Notes: a model not told the origin generated them from the letters alone. 64,000 nucleotides of DNA from Candidatus Woesearchaeota archaeon (GCA_043812195.1 JBDRML010000029.1:1-64000), one strand, 5' to 3'; positions 1 through 10,292 are shown, counted from the stretch's first letter. Numbers and translations are program-made.

Positions 1-202
1 CATCCATATTTATTCACCTGCCAAAGTTTTTATTACATTTCCAGTTACTTCCACAGTCGCATCAGAATGATACAAAGCAAAAGTAAACAAACTTATTATA
101 ACTAAAAAAACTAGAGAAATCACTACTTTTTTACAAAATAAGATTTTAATAAACGAATTCATTGAATATTGATAAACAAAGAATTCTATATAAAAGTTTC
201 TA

Positions 203-679
203 TTATTTCTTAATATATTTATCCCAAATTTTTTCTTTTCCTAAATAGCTAATTTCTAATAAAAAAGTCCCTAATGGTTTTTTAGTTATTGAAGCATAAC
301 TTAATCTAACACTTGCATCAATAAAAGAGTAAACTCCAACATATTTTAAAATATCAAAAGCTGTATTTATCCAACTAGGAACATTAACATTAAAAACATC
401 ATCTATATTTGTTCCTCCTAAACCAACACCATATTTAACAATTCCCAATCCAACACCAACACCAGCAGAATACAAAGTTTGTGTAGCAGGTTTCATACCA
501 GCTTCTTCAGCAGTTCTATATTGTATTTTATGTGGAACCATCCCGGGATTAAAAATAGGAAATCCACATATAGCTGTTTTTTCACCAATCTTTATACTTT
601 TTTCTAATAAATTCTTCTCATCAAAATCTTTAATACTATGTTTTAAAGCCCTTACAACTAATCTTTCTAATTTATTCAT
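203..679 (-). CDS. hypothetical protein, possibly membrane-associated
   Basis: 158-aa ORF overlapping the lgt stop; Gly-rich hydrophobic segments; no recognised motif. Confidence 0.55.
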   Translation of the reverse strand: MNKLERLVVRALKHSIKDFDEKNLLEKSIKIGEKTAICGFPIFNPGMVPHKIQYRTAEEAGMKPATQTLYSAGVGVGLGIVKYGVGLGGTNIDDVFNVNVPSWINTAFDILKYVGVYSFIDASVRLSYASITKKPLGTFLLEISYLGKEKIWDKYIKK

Positions 680-1421
680 GTTTTACTTTTTTCCTATTTA
701 TAAAATACAAAAACACAACAGATAAAATAAATAAAGGAACACTCCATAATTGACCCCATGTTAATCCAAAAAATAAATCAGGTAGATCTTTATAAAATTC
801 CACAAAAAATCTAAACAAAGAATACAAAAACACAAAACTCCAGAAAATATTTCCACTTTTTATTTTTCTTACTTTATATAAATTATATAATATTAAAAAT
901 ATAACAAAATTTTTTATAGTTTCATATATCTGACTTGGATGTCTTTTTCCTTCCACATTATCAAAATAAATACCCCAAGGTAAATTTGTGGGTTTTCCAT
1001 AAAATTCTTGATTAATAAAATTACCAATTCTTCCCACAGATAAACCTAAAGCCAAAGGAATTACCAAAATATCAAGAACATCATAAGTTTTAATTTTTCT
1101 AGCTCTACAGAATATATAAATAGCTAAAAAAGCACCAATAAATCCACCATGAAATGCTATTCCACCTTGCCAAATATACAACATTTTAATAGGGTCAGCA
1201 GAATAATAGCTCCATTGTGAAACAATATGGAAAATTCTTGCACCAATCAATATAGCTGGTATTAAATAAACAAATAAGTCATAAATATCTTCTTTTTTAA
1301 TATTTCTTTGAGGAGCTAACTTACCAGAAAACCAAAAAGAAAACAAAAAACCAGCAGCCAGAATAATACCATACCATCTTACAGAAATACCAGCAATTGT
1401 AAATGCTATCGGATCTATCAT
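672..1421 (-). CDS. lgt: prolipoprotein diacylglyceryl transferase (Lgt family)
   Basis: Multi-TM protein with the Lgt motifs VRWYG, WQGGIAFHGG, GRIGNFINQEFYG, RHPSQIYE and RFFVEF. Confidence 0.92.
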   Translation of the reverse strand: MIDPIAFTIAGISVRWYGIILAAGFLFSFWFSGKLAPQRNIKKEDIYDLFVYLIPAILIGARIFHIVSQWSYYSADPIKMLYIWQGGIAFHGGFIGAFLAIYIFCRARKIKTYDVLDILVIPLALGLSVGRIGNFINQEFYGKPTNLPWGIYFDNVEGKRHPSQIYETIKNFVIFLILYNLYKVRKIKSGNIFWSFVFLYSLFRFFVEFYKDLPDLFFGLTWGQLWSVPLFILSVVFLYFINRKKVKHE

Positions 1422-1465
1422 TGTATTTCGAAATTAGAAAGTCAATTATAAAGCTTTTGATTAGT

Positions 1466-1552
1466 GGCTCTGGTGAAACCCTGCTAGGTATAGTGGATGA
1501 AAGTCTATTCAAATACAAAATATAATTGTTAAAAAAGGGTTTCACCAGAGCC
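1466..1552. repeat. perfect 17-bp GC-rich inverted repeat enclosing 53 nt
   Basis: GGCTCTGGTGAAACCCT (1466-1482) and AGGGTTTCACCAGAGCC (1536-1552) are exact reverse complements, lying between two divergent TATA boxes. Confidence 0.9.
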
Positions 1553-1598
1553 GTAAATAGAAGGATTTATAAGAAAGTTAATTTTCATCATTCTGCAA

Positions 1599-2276
1599 AT
1601 GCCAGAAAATGAATTAATAAAAGACAGAAGAAATTTCATTTATGTCCCACAAACAAACAGGTTTGTAAATTATAATCAAGCCTTTAACGATTTAACTCTT
1701 GAAGAATCAATAAGAAAAGCTAAAAACCTTGGTTTTTCTATATTACAGCTTTCTACCCTAATTCCCCACTTAATAAATTTAAGAGATGCAACAGAAGGAA
1801 AAATTACATTGTATGATGGATTGGGCACATCGATACCAAAATCAAAATCTAAAGAAATATTCGATAAATATTTCCCATTTTGTGGAAAGGGATTAGATAT
1901 AATTCTGGATGTTTATTTCCAAAAAGGCACAGGTTTTAAAAATTTAGAATTAGTTGCGAATTCAAGGCCGATATTTACTGAGAAAAGAAATGGGTTTCAA
2001 AGAGATGTAATTCCATTAGAGGAATGCTTAATGGAAAACAATATTTTAGTTGATTTAACTCCAGAATCATTCAATTCACAGGGTTTTCCGATAAAGAAAT
2101 CAAAAATTAAAACATACGAAAGAGGAAAAAATGTATATTATTGGCACCCAATTGAAAACAGCAGTGTTTGGTTTTCTACTGAAGTAGGGGGATCCAGTAT
2201 CAATTGTGAAAGAGATATTAATACTTCTGATTCAATACTTGGTGTACTTTTATGTATAAACCATATAAAAAAATAA
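1599..2276 (+). CDS. hypothetical protein, possible CLec-fold relative of DPANN DGR-target proteins
   Basis: C-terminus YWHPIENSSVWF...INCERDINTSDSILGVLLC resembles the ends of CLec/FGE-like proteins; recognised by eye only. Confidence 0.5.
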   Translation: MPENELIKDRRNFIYVPQTNRFVNYNQAFNDLTLEESIRKAKNLGFSILQLSTLIPHLINLRDATEGKITLYDGLGTSIPKSKSKEIFDKYFPFCGKGLDIILDVYFQKGTGFKNLELVANSRPIFTEKRNGFQRDVIPLEECLMENNILVDLTPESFNSQGFPIKKSKIKTYERGKNVYYWHPIENSSVWFSTEVGGSSINCERDINTSDSILGVLLCINHIKK

Positions 2277-2331
2277 ACCAATTTAAAACTATAGAAATCT
2301 TTTTATAATAGTCAAAGCTAGTTTAATTCTT

Positions 2332-2784
2332 ATGATATGTTTAATCGTAATGATAATTTTTGGCATTTTAGGAATATTTTCAGCTTCCCATAGAAAAATA
2401 GCTGGAGAGGCTTTTAGATGTGTATTTAGGCAAGCAACTCTAAGAAAGTGTGATTCAGGCATGGATATTAATATTAAAAGCAACATAGTTGGAAAACTAA
2501 TGAAAAGAAGCCCAAAATCAGCCAAATTAGTATACAAAAACTTTGAATTTTTATCCTGGATATTTACAATATTAATGATTGGCAGTTTAATCTGGTCAGG
2601 TATATCTGTTTACAACTTAGTAGTTTATGATAATTGTAATGGTCAAAATTCAGAAGATATATGCATATTAGATAATGGAATACATGATGGAAATGTAGTA
2701 AATTGCGAAGATCCTTTATGTAAAGATGGCAAATGTACAGAATGCGAAGACGATTGTGACTGCCAAGAATGTGAAGATACCTAA
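2332..2784 (+). CDS. membrane protein with Cys-rich acidic C-terminus
   Basis: Two hydrophobic segments; tail CEDPLCKDGKCTECEDDCDCQECEDT. Confidence 0.65.
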   Translation: MICLIVMIIFGILGIFSASHRKIAGEAFRCVFRQATLRKCDSGMDINIKSNIVGKLMKRSPKSAKLVYKNFEFLSWIFTILMIGSLIWSGISVYNLVVYDNCNGQNSEDICILDNGIHDGNVVNCEDPLCKDGKCTECEDDCDCQECEDT

Positions 2785-2785
2785 T

Positions 2786-4477
2786 TTATAATTCTTCCCT
2801 TATACTATCTTTTATTGATTTTTTCATTTCAAGATGAAATTCTTGATTATATCTGGACACAGGTCCATCAACACCATCATATTTCTTTATTCTTTTACAG
2901 AATTCAGTATCAGGACAAAAACCAACATAATGGCATTTTGGAGCAATTAATTGTTTAACACTTTCAGAAATATTAGAATTCCTAATTAATTCTCTTTCCA
3001 TCTCTGTTATTTTTCTCATTTCAGGCTCAGCAGTTTTACAAAGCCTCAAAGACATATATCCTAAACTTAAATTATATAATCCATATTCTTTTACAACACC
3101 AAGTTTAAGTCCTCTTGGTATAACAGCAATTGCATCACTTTTAGGAATTCCCATTTCAAGAAGTTTTTCATAAGCTGAAACTGAATCTGAAAATCTATTT
3201 AACCAATATTCACGATTTTCACGATTATTTCTTACAGAATCAGGTATAGAAACAACACTATCAAAATCTTCAAAATTCGTTTGGATAAATGTTCTATTAA
3301 CAACCCTACTAGCCCTTTCAAGCGCATGATATACAGATTCAACTGTCTGAGGCAAAGTTCTATGCCTTTTTACTTCCCCCCAAACTCTCCAAGGTGTATT
3401 CACTAATGTAACTGCATGAACAGAAGTATCATAATCATGTACAATTAGATCTAATTCTTTTAATAAGCTAGTAGAATTTGTTTTTATACGATCTAAATTG
3501 TGAAAAACAGCATTTCTCCTTCTATAATATTCATAAATTCTTGCATCCATTTTTTCAGAACAAAAATTACTCACAGACATTAAGACAGGATTAAATTGTG
3601 AATTATCATAATTCTTTTCTATTAATTCATGTGCTAAATTTGTTTTATTAGTAAATATGTTAGGATTTGGTACACCTGTTCTTGGTGCGTTTCTTCTTGC
3701 ATTATGTGTAACTTTAATTCCATGTTCATTTATGAATTGTTCTAATTGTAATATTATTTCTCTACCTTCAGCAGGCACTTCATCTACATTATTTCTAAAA
3801 CTAGCAGAAAAATTAATTATACTTTCTAATGGCATACAAATAAATCCACCGCCACGATGACCATATTGCACTATTTTGCTTGCTTCTTGTTTTGTAACTC
3901 CTCTTTCTTGAAGTTCTTCATAAGCAAGAATATTAGCCTCAGAAGTTCTCAAATATAATTTTAAAGCCTCGCCACCAGCATTATTAATACTTTTAGGAAC
4001 AACAATTTGATCTCTATTAATTGGAACCCTTCTTCCAGAAGGCATTAGAAAACTTCCAAATCTTGATCCTGTAAACATAGAATCAACCAATTTAGAACAA
4101 GTTCCTTCAAGCATAGCCCATATACCAGGAGTAGTAGCCATAGAAGCATGTCCTGCCCCTGCACTTTTAATAAGGCTCGTAGTAATTTTGCTGCTAAGAT
4201 CAACTTCTCTTGATTTAAGATCTCTAAGCTCATCAATAGCTCCAATATCCTTATATGTAATTCCTGCAGCTCCCCACACAAATTCATCAGGAGTTATAAC
4301 ATTATGCTCCCTAAACATTTCTTCAGGAAAAATTAATTTACCATCTTTCAAATATTCTCTAGAAATAATAACATCACCCTTTTCATTTACATCATATTTA
4401 ACATCTAATTCTCTTTCTAGAACTTTTTTAGGTCCGTAATCAAAAACATTAACCTTAGGATCTATAACATTAACCAT
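2786..4477 (-). CDS. thyX: FAD-dependent thymidylate synthase, tandem-domain form
   Basis: EVKRHRT and LRLCKTAEPEMR motifs in the C-half; AGHAS and SGRR in the N-half; 563 aa is about twice a single ThyX domain. Confidence 0.75.
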   Translation of the reverse strand: MVNVIDPKVNVFDYGPKKVLERELDVKYDVNEKGDVIISREYLKDGKLIFPEEMFREHNVITPDEFVWGAAGITYKDIGAIDELRDLKSREVDLSSKITTSLIKSAGAGHASMATTPGIWAMLEGTCSKLVDSMFTGSRFGSFLMPSGRRVPINRDQIVVPKSINNAGGEALKLYLRTSEANILAYEELQERGVTKQEASKIVQYGHRGGGFICMPLESIINFSASFRNNVDEVPAEGREIILQLEQFINEHGIKVTHNARRNAPRTGVPNPNIFTNKTNLAHELIEKNYDNSQFNPVLMSVSNFCSEKMDARIYEYYRRRNAVFHNLDRIKTNSTSLLKELDLIVHDYDTSVHAVTLVNTPWRVWGEVKRHRTLPQTVESVYHALERASRVVNRTFIQTNFEDFDSVVSIPDSVRNNRENREYWLNRFSDSVSAYEKLLEMGIPKSDAIAVIPRGLKLGVVKEYGLYNLSLGYMSLRLCKTAEPEMRKITEMERELIRNSNISESVKQLIAPKCHYVGFCPDTEFCKRIKKYDGVDGPVSRYNQEFHLEMKKSIKDSIREEL

Positions 4478-4563
4478 GCAAGAAAAGCAAATCCCATTTA
4501 ATTTATAAATTTATGTGAATCAAAAGATATATAAACAAGACCAGATAGCAACAAAAAATAAAT

Positions 4564-4881
4564 ATGACTAATAAAGAAGCACCCAGATATCTTGATCAAA
4601 GAGTAGAAGAAATTACAAGAGAAATAATGAAATTAGAAGATAAATTCTATTCTAATAGACAAAAAGCCATTAATGGAAATGGAACTATTAATTGCCTTAT
4701 AACAAGAAAATTAGCAGAAAAAAGAAAATTAATAAGAGAAAAAAAAAGAGAAGGATATATCTTCTGTCATCAATGTGAACTCTTTTACAAAGAATCAAAT
4801 CTAAATTATAAAAATATTGGAGATTATGAAGAATATCATTGTCCTTGCGAGCATTTAATAAAAGCAAAATTGTTAATATGA
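4564..4881 (+). CDS. small putative zinc-finger protein
   Basis: CHQC...CPCEH motif. Confidence 0.55.
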   Translation: MTNKEAPRYLDQRVEEITREIMKLEDKFYSNRQKAINGNGTINCLITRKLAEKRKLIREKKREGYIFCHQCELFYKESNLNYKNIGDYEEYHCPCEHLIKAKLLI

Positions 4882-5105
4882 ATATGAAAAAACGCAAAAC
4901 ATTCCAACTTGATGAAAGAACAACAAATGACTTAGAAAGATTGGCTAATGATTTTGATCAATCAGATACCAAAACACTTAAAGACGCAATTAATTTATTA
5001 AAAGCATATACTGAAAAATTAGAAAAAGGCTACAAGCTAATATACTTTAATCCAGAAAATAAAAAATCACAAGTAGAAGTTGTATTATTAGGATATGATT
5101 TATAA
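4878..5105 (+). CDS. ribbon-helix-helix (CopG-like) DNA-binding protein
   Basis: KRKTFQLDERTTNDLERLA...SDTKTLKDAI pattern; ATG overlaps the upstream stop. Confidence 0.55.
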   Translation: MNMKKRKTFQLDERTTNDLERLANDFDQSDTKTLKDAINLLKAYTEKLEKGYKLIYFNPENKKSQVEVVLLGYDL

Positions 5106-5147
5106 TAACAAAACATTTATTAATACTCCAATTTTACAACAAATGCT

Positions 5148-6290
5148 ATGTTAAACCCAAATATAAAAGAAGATTTTCCAGTAATAGAAAATATAGGAAT
5201 TTATCTAGATTCGTCTTGCATGTCTCTAAAACCTAAACAGGTAATTAACAAAATAAACGAATATTACAATGAATATCCTGCATGTGGAGAAAGAAGCATG
5301 CATAAATTAGGAAATAAAGTAACAAAAGAAGTAGAAAAAGCCAGAGAAACAATAAAGAAATTCATAAACGCAAAACACACAGAAGAAATCATATTCACAA
5401 AAAACACAACAGAGGCAATAAATTTAGTAGCAAACTCATTCAAATTCAACAAAGTCTTAATAACTGATAGAGAACACAATTCAAATTTTTTACCTTGGAC
5501 CAAACACAACTTTGAAGTTCTAGATTCAAAAGAAGATTTTACATTCGACTTAGAAAAATTCAAAGAAAAAGTAAAAGAAGTAGACCTAGTTAGTTTTGTT
5601 TACACATCAAACTTAGATGGATACACTCTACCAGTAAAAGAAATAATAGAAATTGCACATAAAAATAATGTAAAAGTAATGTTAGACGCAGCTCAAGCAG
5701 CTCCACACAGAAAAATTGATGTTAAAGAATTAGATGTAGATTTTTTAGCATTCTCAGGACATAAAATGTTAGGTCCAACAGGTACAGGAGTTTTATATGC
5801 TAAAAAAGAAATATTAGAAAAAATGAAGCCATTTATTCTTGGTGGAGGCACAATATTCGATGCAGATTATAAAAGCTACAAATTAGAAAAATTACCCCAT
5901 AGATTTGAAGCAGGTCTTCAAGACTATGCAGGAATAATTGGTTTAGGAGAAGCAGCAAAATATCTTATGAAAATTGGCTTAAAGAATATAGAAGAACACG
6001 AAATTTCACTTTCAAAATTAATAAATAAAGATGGATTGAATCAGATTGGTTATAAAGGAGATACAGGAATTTTTAGTTTTGAAATTCCAGGAATGGACGT
6101 ACATGAAACAGCATCTATATTAGCAGAAACAAAAAATATAGCAATAAGAAGTGGAGCACATTGCATGCATCCTTGGTTTAATAAAAACAATTTAAAAGGA
6201 AGTGCAAGAGCCAGTATTTATTTATATAACACAAAAGAAGAAATACAAATTCTAAATAATGAACTAGAAAAGTTAAAGAAATTAGTTTAA
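5148..6290 (+). CDS. cysteine desulfurase (SufS-like, class V aminotransferase)
   Basis: PLP lysine motif FSGHKMLGPTG, DAAQ, and catalytic RSGAHC. Confidence 0.9.
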   Translation: MLNPNIKEDFPVIENIGIYLDSSCMSLKPKQVINKINEYYNEYPACGERSMHKLGNKVTKEVEKARETIKKFINAKHTEEIIFTKNTTEAINLVANSFKFNKVLITDREHNSNFLPWTKHNFEVLDSKEDFTFDLEKFKEKVKEVDLVSFVYTSNLDGYTLPVKEIIEIAHKNNVKVMLDAAQAAPHRKIDVKELDVDFLAFSGHKMLGPTGTGVLYAKKEILEKMKPFILGGGTIFDADYKSYKLEKLPHRFEAGLQDYAGIIGLGEAAKYLMKIGLKNIEEHEISLSKLINKDGLNQIGYKGDTGIFSFEIPGMDVHETASILAETKNIAIRSGAHCMHPWFNKNNLKGSARASIYLYNTKEEIQILNNELEKLKKLV

Positions 6291-6841
6291 GCAACCTCTT
6301 TTAAAATACTTTCCTTCTTCAAAAACTCAATAACTTTATCAACAACTTCTTCAAAGCTTAAATAATCTGTATTAATAATTAAATCATATTGTAACTCATT
6401 ATTACAATCAATTTCATAATATTTCTTAAATCTATACTGATCAGATTTTTCTCTTCCAATCAAAGCAGCAATAGCATCCCCCAAATCTCTAAATTCTTCC
6501 ATCTTCTTTTCATCAATATAAGCTTTCTCAGCACGAATTCTCAAATGAGATTTCAAAAATATTTTAACAGATTCAGGAATAAAATGATATACTAATCTTC
6601 CATCAATAACAAAATTAGCTTCCTCTTTTCCCAGCTTAAAACATTTATCATCTGCTTGTTTATCAGTAAATTTTTGATGCTCACCAACATCATTCAATCT
6701 TTTTAAAGTAATATTTCTTTCAATAGCCATATTTCTTCTTATATCACCAATAGAATAATGTTTCATTCCTAGTTTTTCAGCCAGCAATTTAGCAACATTA
6801 CTTTTGCCAGAGCCAGACATTCCACAAATACTAATTATCAT
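6287..6841 (-). CDS. cmk: archaeal cytidylate kinase
   Basis: GMSGSGKS P-loop, IDGRL, RFKKYYEID, YDLIINT. Confidence 0.8.
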   Translation of the reverse strand: MIISICGMSGSGKSNVAKLLAEKLGMKHYSIGDIRRNMAIERNITLKRLNDVGEHQKFTDKQADDKCFKLGKEEANFVIDGRLVYHFIPESVKIFLKSHLRIRAEKAYIDEKKMEEFRDLGDAIAALIGREKSDQYRFKKYYEIDCNNELQYDLIINTDYLSFEEVVDKVIEFLKKESILKEVA

Positions 6842-6894
6842 CTTAACCTCTTTTGATAAAAATCAAATTGCTAATTAGTTTAAAAAGATTTGTA

Positions 6895-7410
6895 TTAAAA
6901 ATATTCTACATCACTAGGAACCCATAACCCTTTATACTTCCAACGACCAAAATTAAGTTCACAATCCCAACTAAATAATGATACAAGATTAACAGGAAAA
7001 TTTATATCATAACTATAAACCAAACCACCAATCTCCACAAAATTTATGGAAACATTATTCTTGGATTTTGGATTGTCAGGATTGCATTTAAAAAATAATT
7101 TGAAATGTCCTCTTTTATATCTATCATTTTCAGCAATTAGAGATATCGCCGATATTTTTTCGTTTTCTAATTCATCAGAATAACATTTTTTCCATTTACC
7201 CTTATCACAAAAAGATACGCTATCACAAAATTGATTGTCTAAAAAATCACTCAATAAAGAATCATAATTAGGATATATTAATGGGTCTAAAATCCTTAAT
7301 TTAGCATATATGGTGCTATTAACATTATCACCAAAAGGATACCAAAAAGAATACATATCACTAAATTCTTCATCTTTAATTTCTTCAAGCAATATTTCTG
7401 AAAGCAACAT
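6895..7410 (-). CDS. hypothetical protein
   Basis: 171-aa ORF with a TATA-like element upstream. Confidence 0.5.
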   Translation of the reverse strand: MLLSEILLEEIKDEEFSDMYSFWYPFGDNVNSTIYAKLRILDPLIYPNYDSLLSDFLDNQFCDSVSFCDKGKWKKCYSDELENEKISAISLIAENDRYKRGHFKLFFKCNPDNPKSKNNVSINFVEIGGLVYSYDINFPVNLVSLFSWDCELNFGRWKYKGLWVPSDVEYF

Positions 7411-7507
7411 TAGTATAGTGGTTTTTACTTTATTATAAAAACCTTATTAATTATCAGCTATTTTACTATTTAGTTAATTTTAAATATTTATCCGTTATTA
7501 CCCAGAT

Positions 7508-7795
7508 ATGTTAAAAAAAGAAAAAGTAGAATATTATTTCTCTTTAACAGAGAAGGCTTTTAAAAAATTAAAAATCAAATCTCCGCAAAATCCAAATATA
7601 AAGAAAATAACAGAAGATTATTTAAGGCTCTCAAAATGCTATTACGAAGATGCAAAACATTTCTTAAAAAATAATGATTTAGTAAATGCTTTCGCAGCAA
7701 TTAATTATGCACATGCCTTTTTAGATGCAGGTGCAATTCTTGGCGTTTTTGATATAGGGAAAAAAGATTCAAAATTACTAATGGTAGACAAATAA
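7508..7795 (+). CDS. DUF357 family protein
   Basis: CYYEDAKHF...DLVNAFAAINYAHAFLDAGAILG. Confidence 0.85.
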   Translation: MLKKEKVEYYFSLTEKAFKKLKIKSPQNPNIKKITEDYLRLSKCYYEDAKHFLKNNDLVNAFAAINYAHAFLDAGAILGVFDIGKKDSKLLMVDK

Positions 7796-7796
7796 A

Positions 7797-8285
7797 ATGA
7801 AAATAAGAAAGGGCATTATATATGATATTGGAATTCTTGGATTCTCTATAATTTTAGGTAGCACAGGACTTTTTATGTATTATACATCTTATTCAATACC
7901 AAAAGTACATCAAGAAGAATTTTCAATGCTAAAATCAGAAAAATCAAAAAGAGATGTATATGAAAGAACAAAATCAAATTTAGATGATTTACTAAAAAGT
8001 AATCCAAACAATTCAGAATTAAGAGAATCTCTTTCAGGGAGTAAATCAATTATACAAGAAAAAATTAATGATTTATCAGCAAAAATTGACAGCTTAGAAA
8101 ATCTACCAGAAGTAATAGAAGTAAAACAAACAATGAGAGAGAAAAAGACAAAGGGAATGAATTGTGTATATAGTACTCTTATTGGATTCGGAATAGTATT
8201 AGGTTCTGCATACAAAATTATTCAAAATATCACACCGTTTCCATATTTTAGAAGAAAGAAAGAATCAAAAACCAAACCTAATTAA
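7797..8285 (+). CDS. hypothetical two-TM coiled-coil protein
   Basis: N- and C-terminal hydrophobic helices and a basic tail. Confidence 0.55.
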   Translation: MKIRKGIIYDIGILGFSIILGSTGLFMYYTSYSIPKVHQEEFSMLKSEKSKRDVYERTKSNLDDLLKSNPNNSELRESLSGSKSIIQEKINDLSAKIDSLENLPEVIEVKQTMREKKTKGMNCVYSTLIGFGIVLGSAYKIIQNITPFPYFRRKKESKTKPN

Positions 8286-8500
8286 CCAATAAAAATGTAT
8301 TATAAAAACGCAATATGAACAGTAATAATAAATGGTGGTATTACATTAGGCGGAGTGGGTGTTGGTGGTGCCTATAGTTATGATAAAAGCATGGGACTTG
8401 ATATTTTCAATAGAAGAAGGAAAAAACCAAGCCAGAAAAGAAATCTGAATCAAAATCTTAACTAGTAAATTTTAAAAACCCCAGAATTAAATTTTAATTA

Positions 8501-9155
8501 ATGAAAAAAGTAGTGATAAGCTTAGGTGGTTCTGTTATAGTCCCAGATGAAGTAGATTATAAATATCTAAAGAAGTTCTCAAAATTAATATCTAAATTCT
8601 CTAAAAAAAATAAAGTAGTCATAATTACGGGCGGAGGATCAACAGCAAGGGAATATATAGAACCTCTAACAAAGGCAAAATTAGGAAATTATATTTATAG
8701 TTTAGTAGGAATTGCAGCCACAAAATTAAATGCTAGATTAGTTTCAGGATTTTTCAAAGAAACTAAAAAAATACCAGAAAACATTAAAGAAATCAAATTT
8801 AGTAATATCCGGAGCATTGGGCGTTCAACCAAATATGACCTCTGATGGCAATGCAGCTCAGATAGCAGAAGCAATAAAAGCAGATATTTTCATAAACATT
8901 ACAAATGTACAAGGATTATACAATAAAAATCCAAAAATAAGAGGAGCCAAACTTATTACAGAGATTTCTTACACAGATTTTTCAAAAATGGTAAATAAAA
9001 TAAAATATAAAGCAGGCCAGCATTTTGTTTTAGATAAACCAGCAGCAGATATTATTAAAAAAGCAAAAATAAAAACAGTTATAATAAATAAAGATTTAAA
9101 AAATCTTAAAAATGTGTTAAAAGAAAAAAACTTTGTAGGGACACTAATAAATTAA
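8501..9155 (+). pseudogene. pyrH: UMP kinase split by a frameshift near 8795
   Basis: 5' ORF has VISLGGS and ITGGGSTAR; the +1 frame continues NLVISGALGVQPNMTSDGNAA...TNVQGLYNKNP...VGTLI; about 6 residues appear to be missing at the junction. Confidence 0.8.
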
Positions 9156-9751
9156 TATCTTCTTTTAGGTTTAGGATTTCTTTCTTCAATAGTTCTAACA
9201 ACAGCCCCCTTTATCAAATCTTCAAGACTAAAAGAACTACGTGCTATTGCTCTCTCATCAGATTTGTTTGGATTTCCATAACCCATAGCCATATCGCTTG
9301 TTAATGCATTATGAACTTTTTTCCCTAAATTACAATAAAAATCCCGTATATCTTCAAGAGAAGTTGGCAGATTATTTAAAATCATTGTAGAAACAGCACT
9401 GCCTGGTAAAGGATAACCATTTTTTGATGCTGATTCACTAATTTGGTTGATTAAATCTTTATCAAGCTCTTCTTCGAATTTAACTAAATCATTCAAAATA
9501 TCTTCATTCAAAATATCTCCAAATTTTTGAGCTTCATAGGCCTGTGCAGATATTCTACTGCTAACCATTTGTAAATAGTCTAGCTCTTCTTTTTCTACCT
9601 CTTTACGAAAATGTAAAGAACTTGCTAAAAGTGCCTTTCCAATAATTCTATAAAAAATCTCAGAATTATTATATTTACTCTTAAAGAAACTTGAACGAAT
9701 TCTTTTTATCCCTTCTGTAGGTAAATTCTTAATCAAATAAGTATAATCCAT
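9152..9751 (-). CDS. hypothetical protein
   Basis: 199-aa ORF with no recognised motif. Confidence 0.55.
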   Translation of the reverse strand: MDYTYLIKNLPTEGIKRIRSSFFKSKYNNSEIFYRIIGKALLASSLHFRKEVEKEELDYLQMVSSRISAQAYEAQKFGDILNEDILNDLVKFEEELDKDLINQISESASKNGYPLPGSAVSTMILNNLPTSLEDIRDFYCNLGKKVHNALTSDMAMGYGNPNKSDERAIARSSFSLEDLIKGAVVRTIEERNPKPKRRY

Positions 9752-9809
9752 GTGCTTTTAGGAATCAAGAAAACTATTTAAATCTAACTTTTAACTAAAA
9801 ATACAGAAA

Positions 9810-10292
9810 ATGACAATAATAATCACAGGATCAGTAGCTACTGGCAAATCAATTATAGCCAAAAAACTAGCAAAAGAACTAAAGCACAAATATCTAGATG
9901 TAAATAAACTAATCATAAAAGAAAAACTAAGAGAAAAATACAGTAAAAAATTAGAATCTTATCCAGTTGATATAAAAAAACTAAACAAATCACTAATTAA
10001 AAAAATAAAAGAAAATAAAAAAATAATCATAGATTCACATTTATCACATTATTTACCAAAAAAATACGTGGATTTATGCATAGTAACAATTTGTGATATT
10101 AAAGAACTTAAAAAAAGACTTAAAAAAAGAAAATACTCAGAAAAAAAGATAAAGGAAAACTTAGAAACAGAAATATTCAACACAATTTTAATAGAAGCAA
10201 AAGAAAATAAACATAATATTTTAGTAATAGATACAACAAAAGGATATAATATAAAACAAATAGCAAGTTACATAAAAAAATGCAAGACTTAA
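9810..10292 (+). CDS. adenylate kinase 6 / Fap7-like
   Basis: ITGSVATGKS, IIDSHLSH, RLKKRKYSEKKIKENLETE. Confidence 0.85.
   Translation: MTIIITGSVATGKSIIAKKLAKELKHKYLDVNKLIIKEKLREKYSKKLESYPVDIKKLNKSLIKKIKENKKIIIDSHLSHYLPKKYVDLCIVTICDIKELKKRLKKRKYSEKKIKENLETEIFNTILIEAKENKHNILVIDTTKGYNIKQIASYIKKCKT

Noticed and set aside
8295-8465. Short reading frame resembling the TM segment and basic tail of the upstream gene
   Set aside because: It is interrupted by TGA after seven codons and is too short to call; at most a gene remnant.
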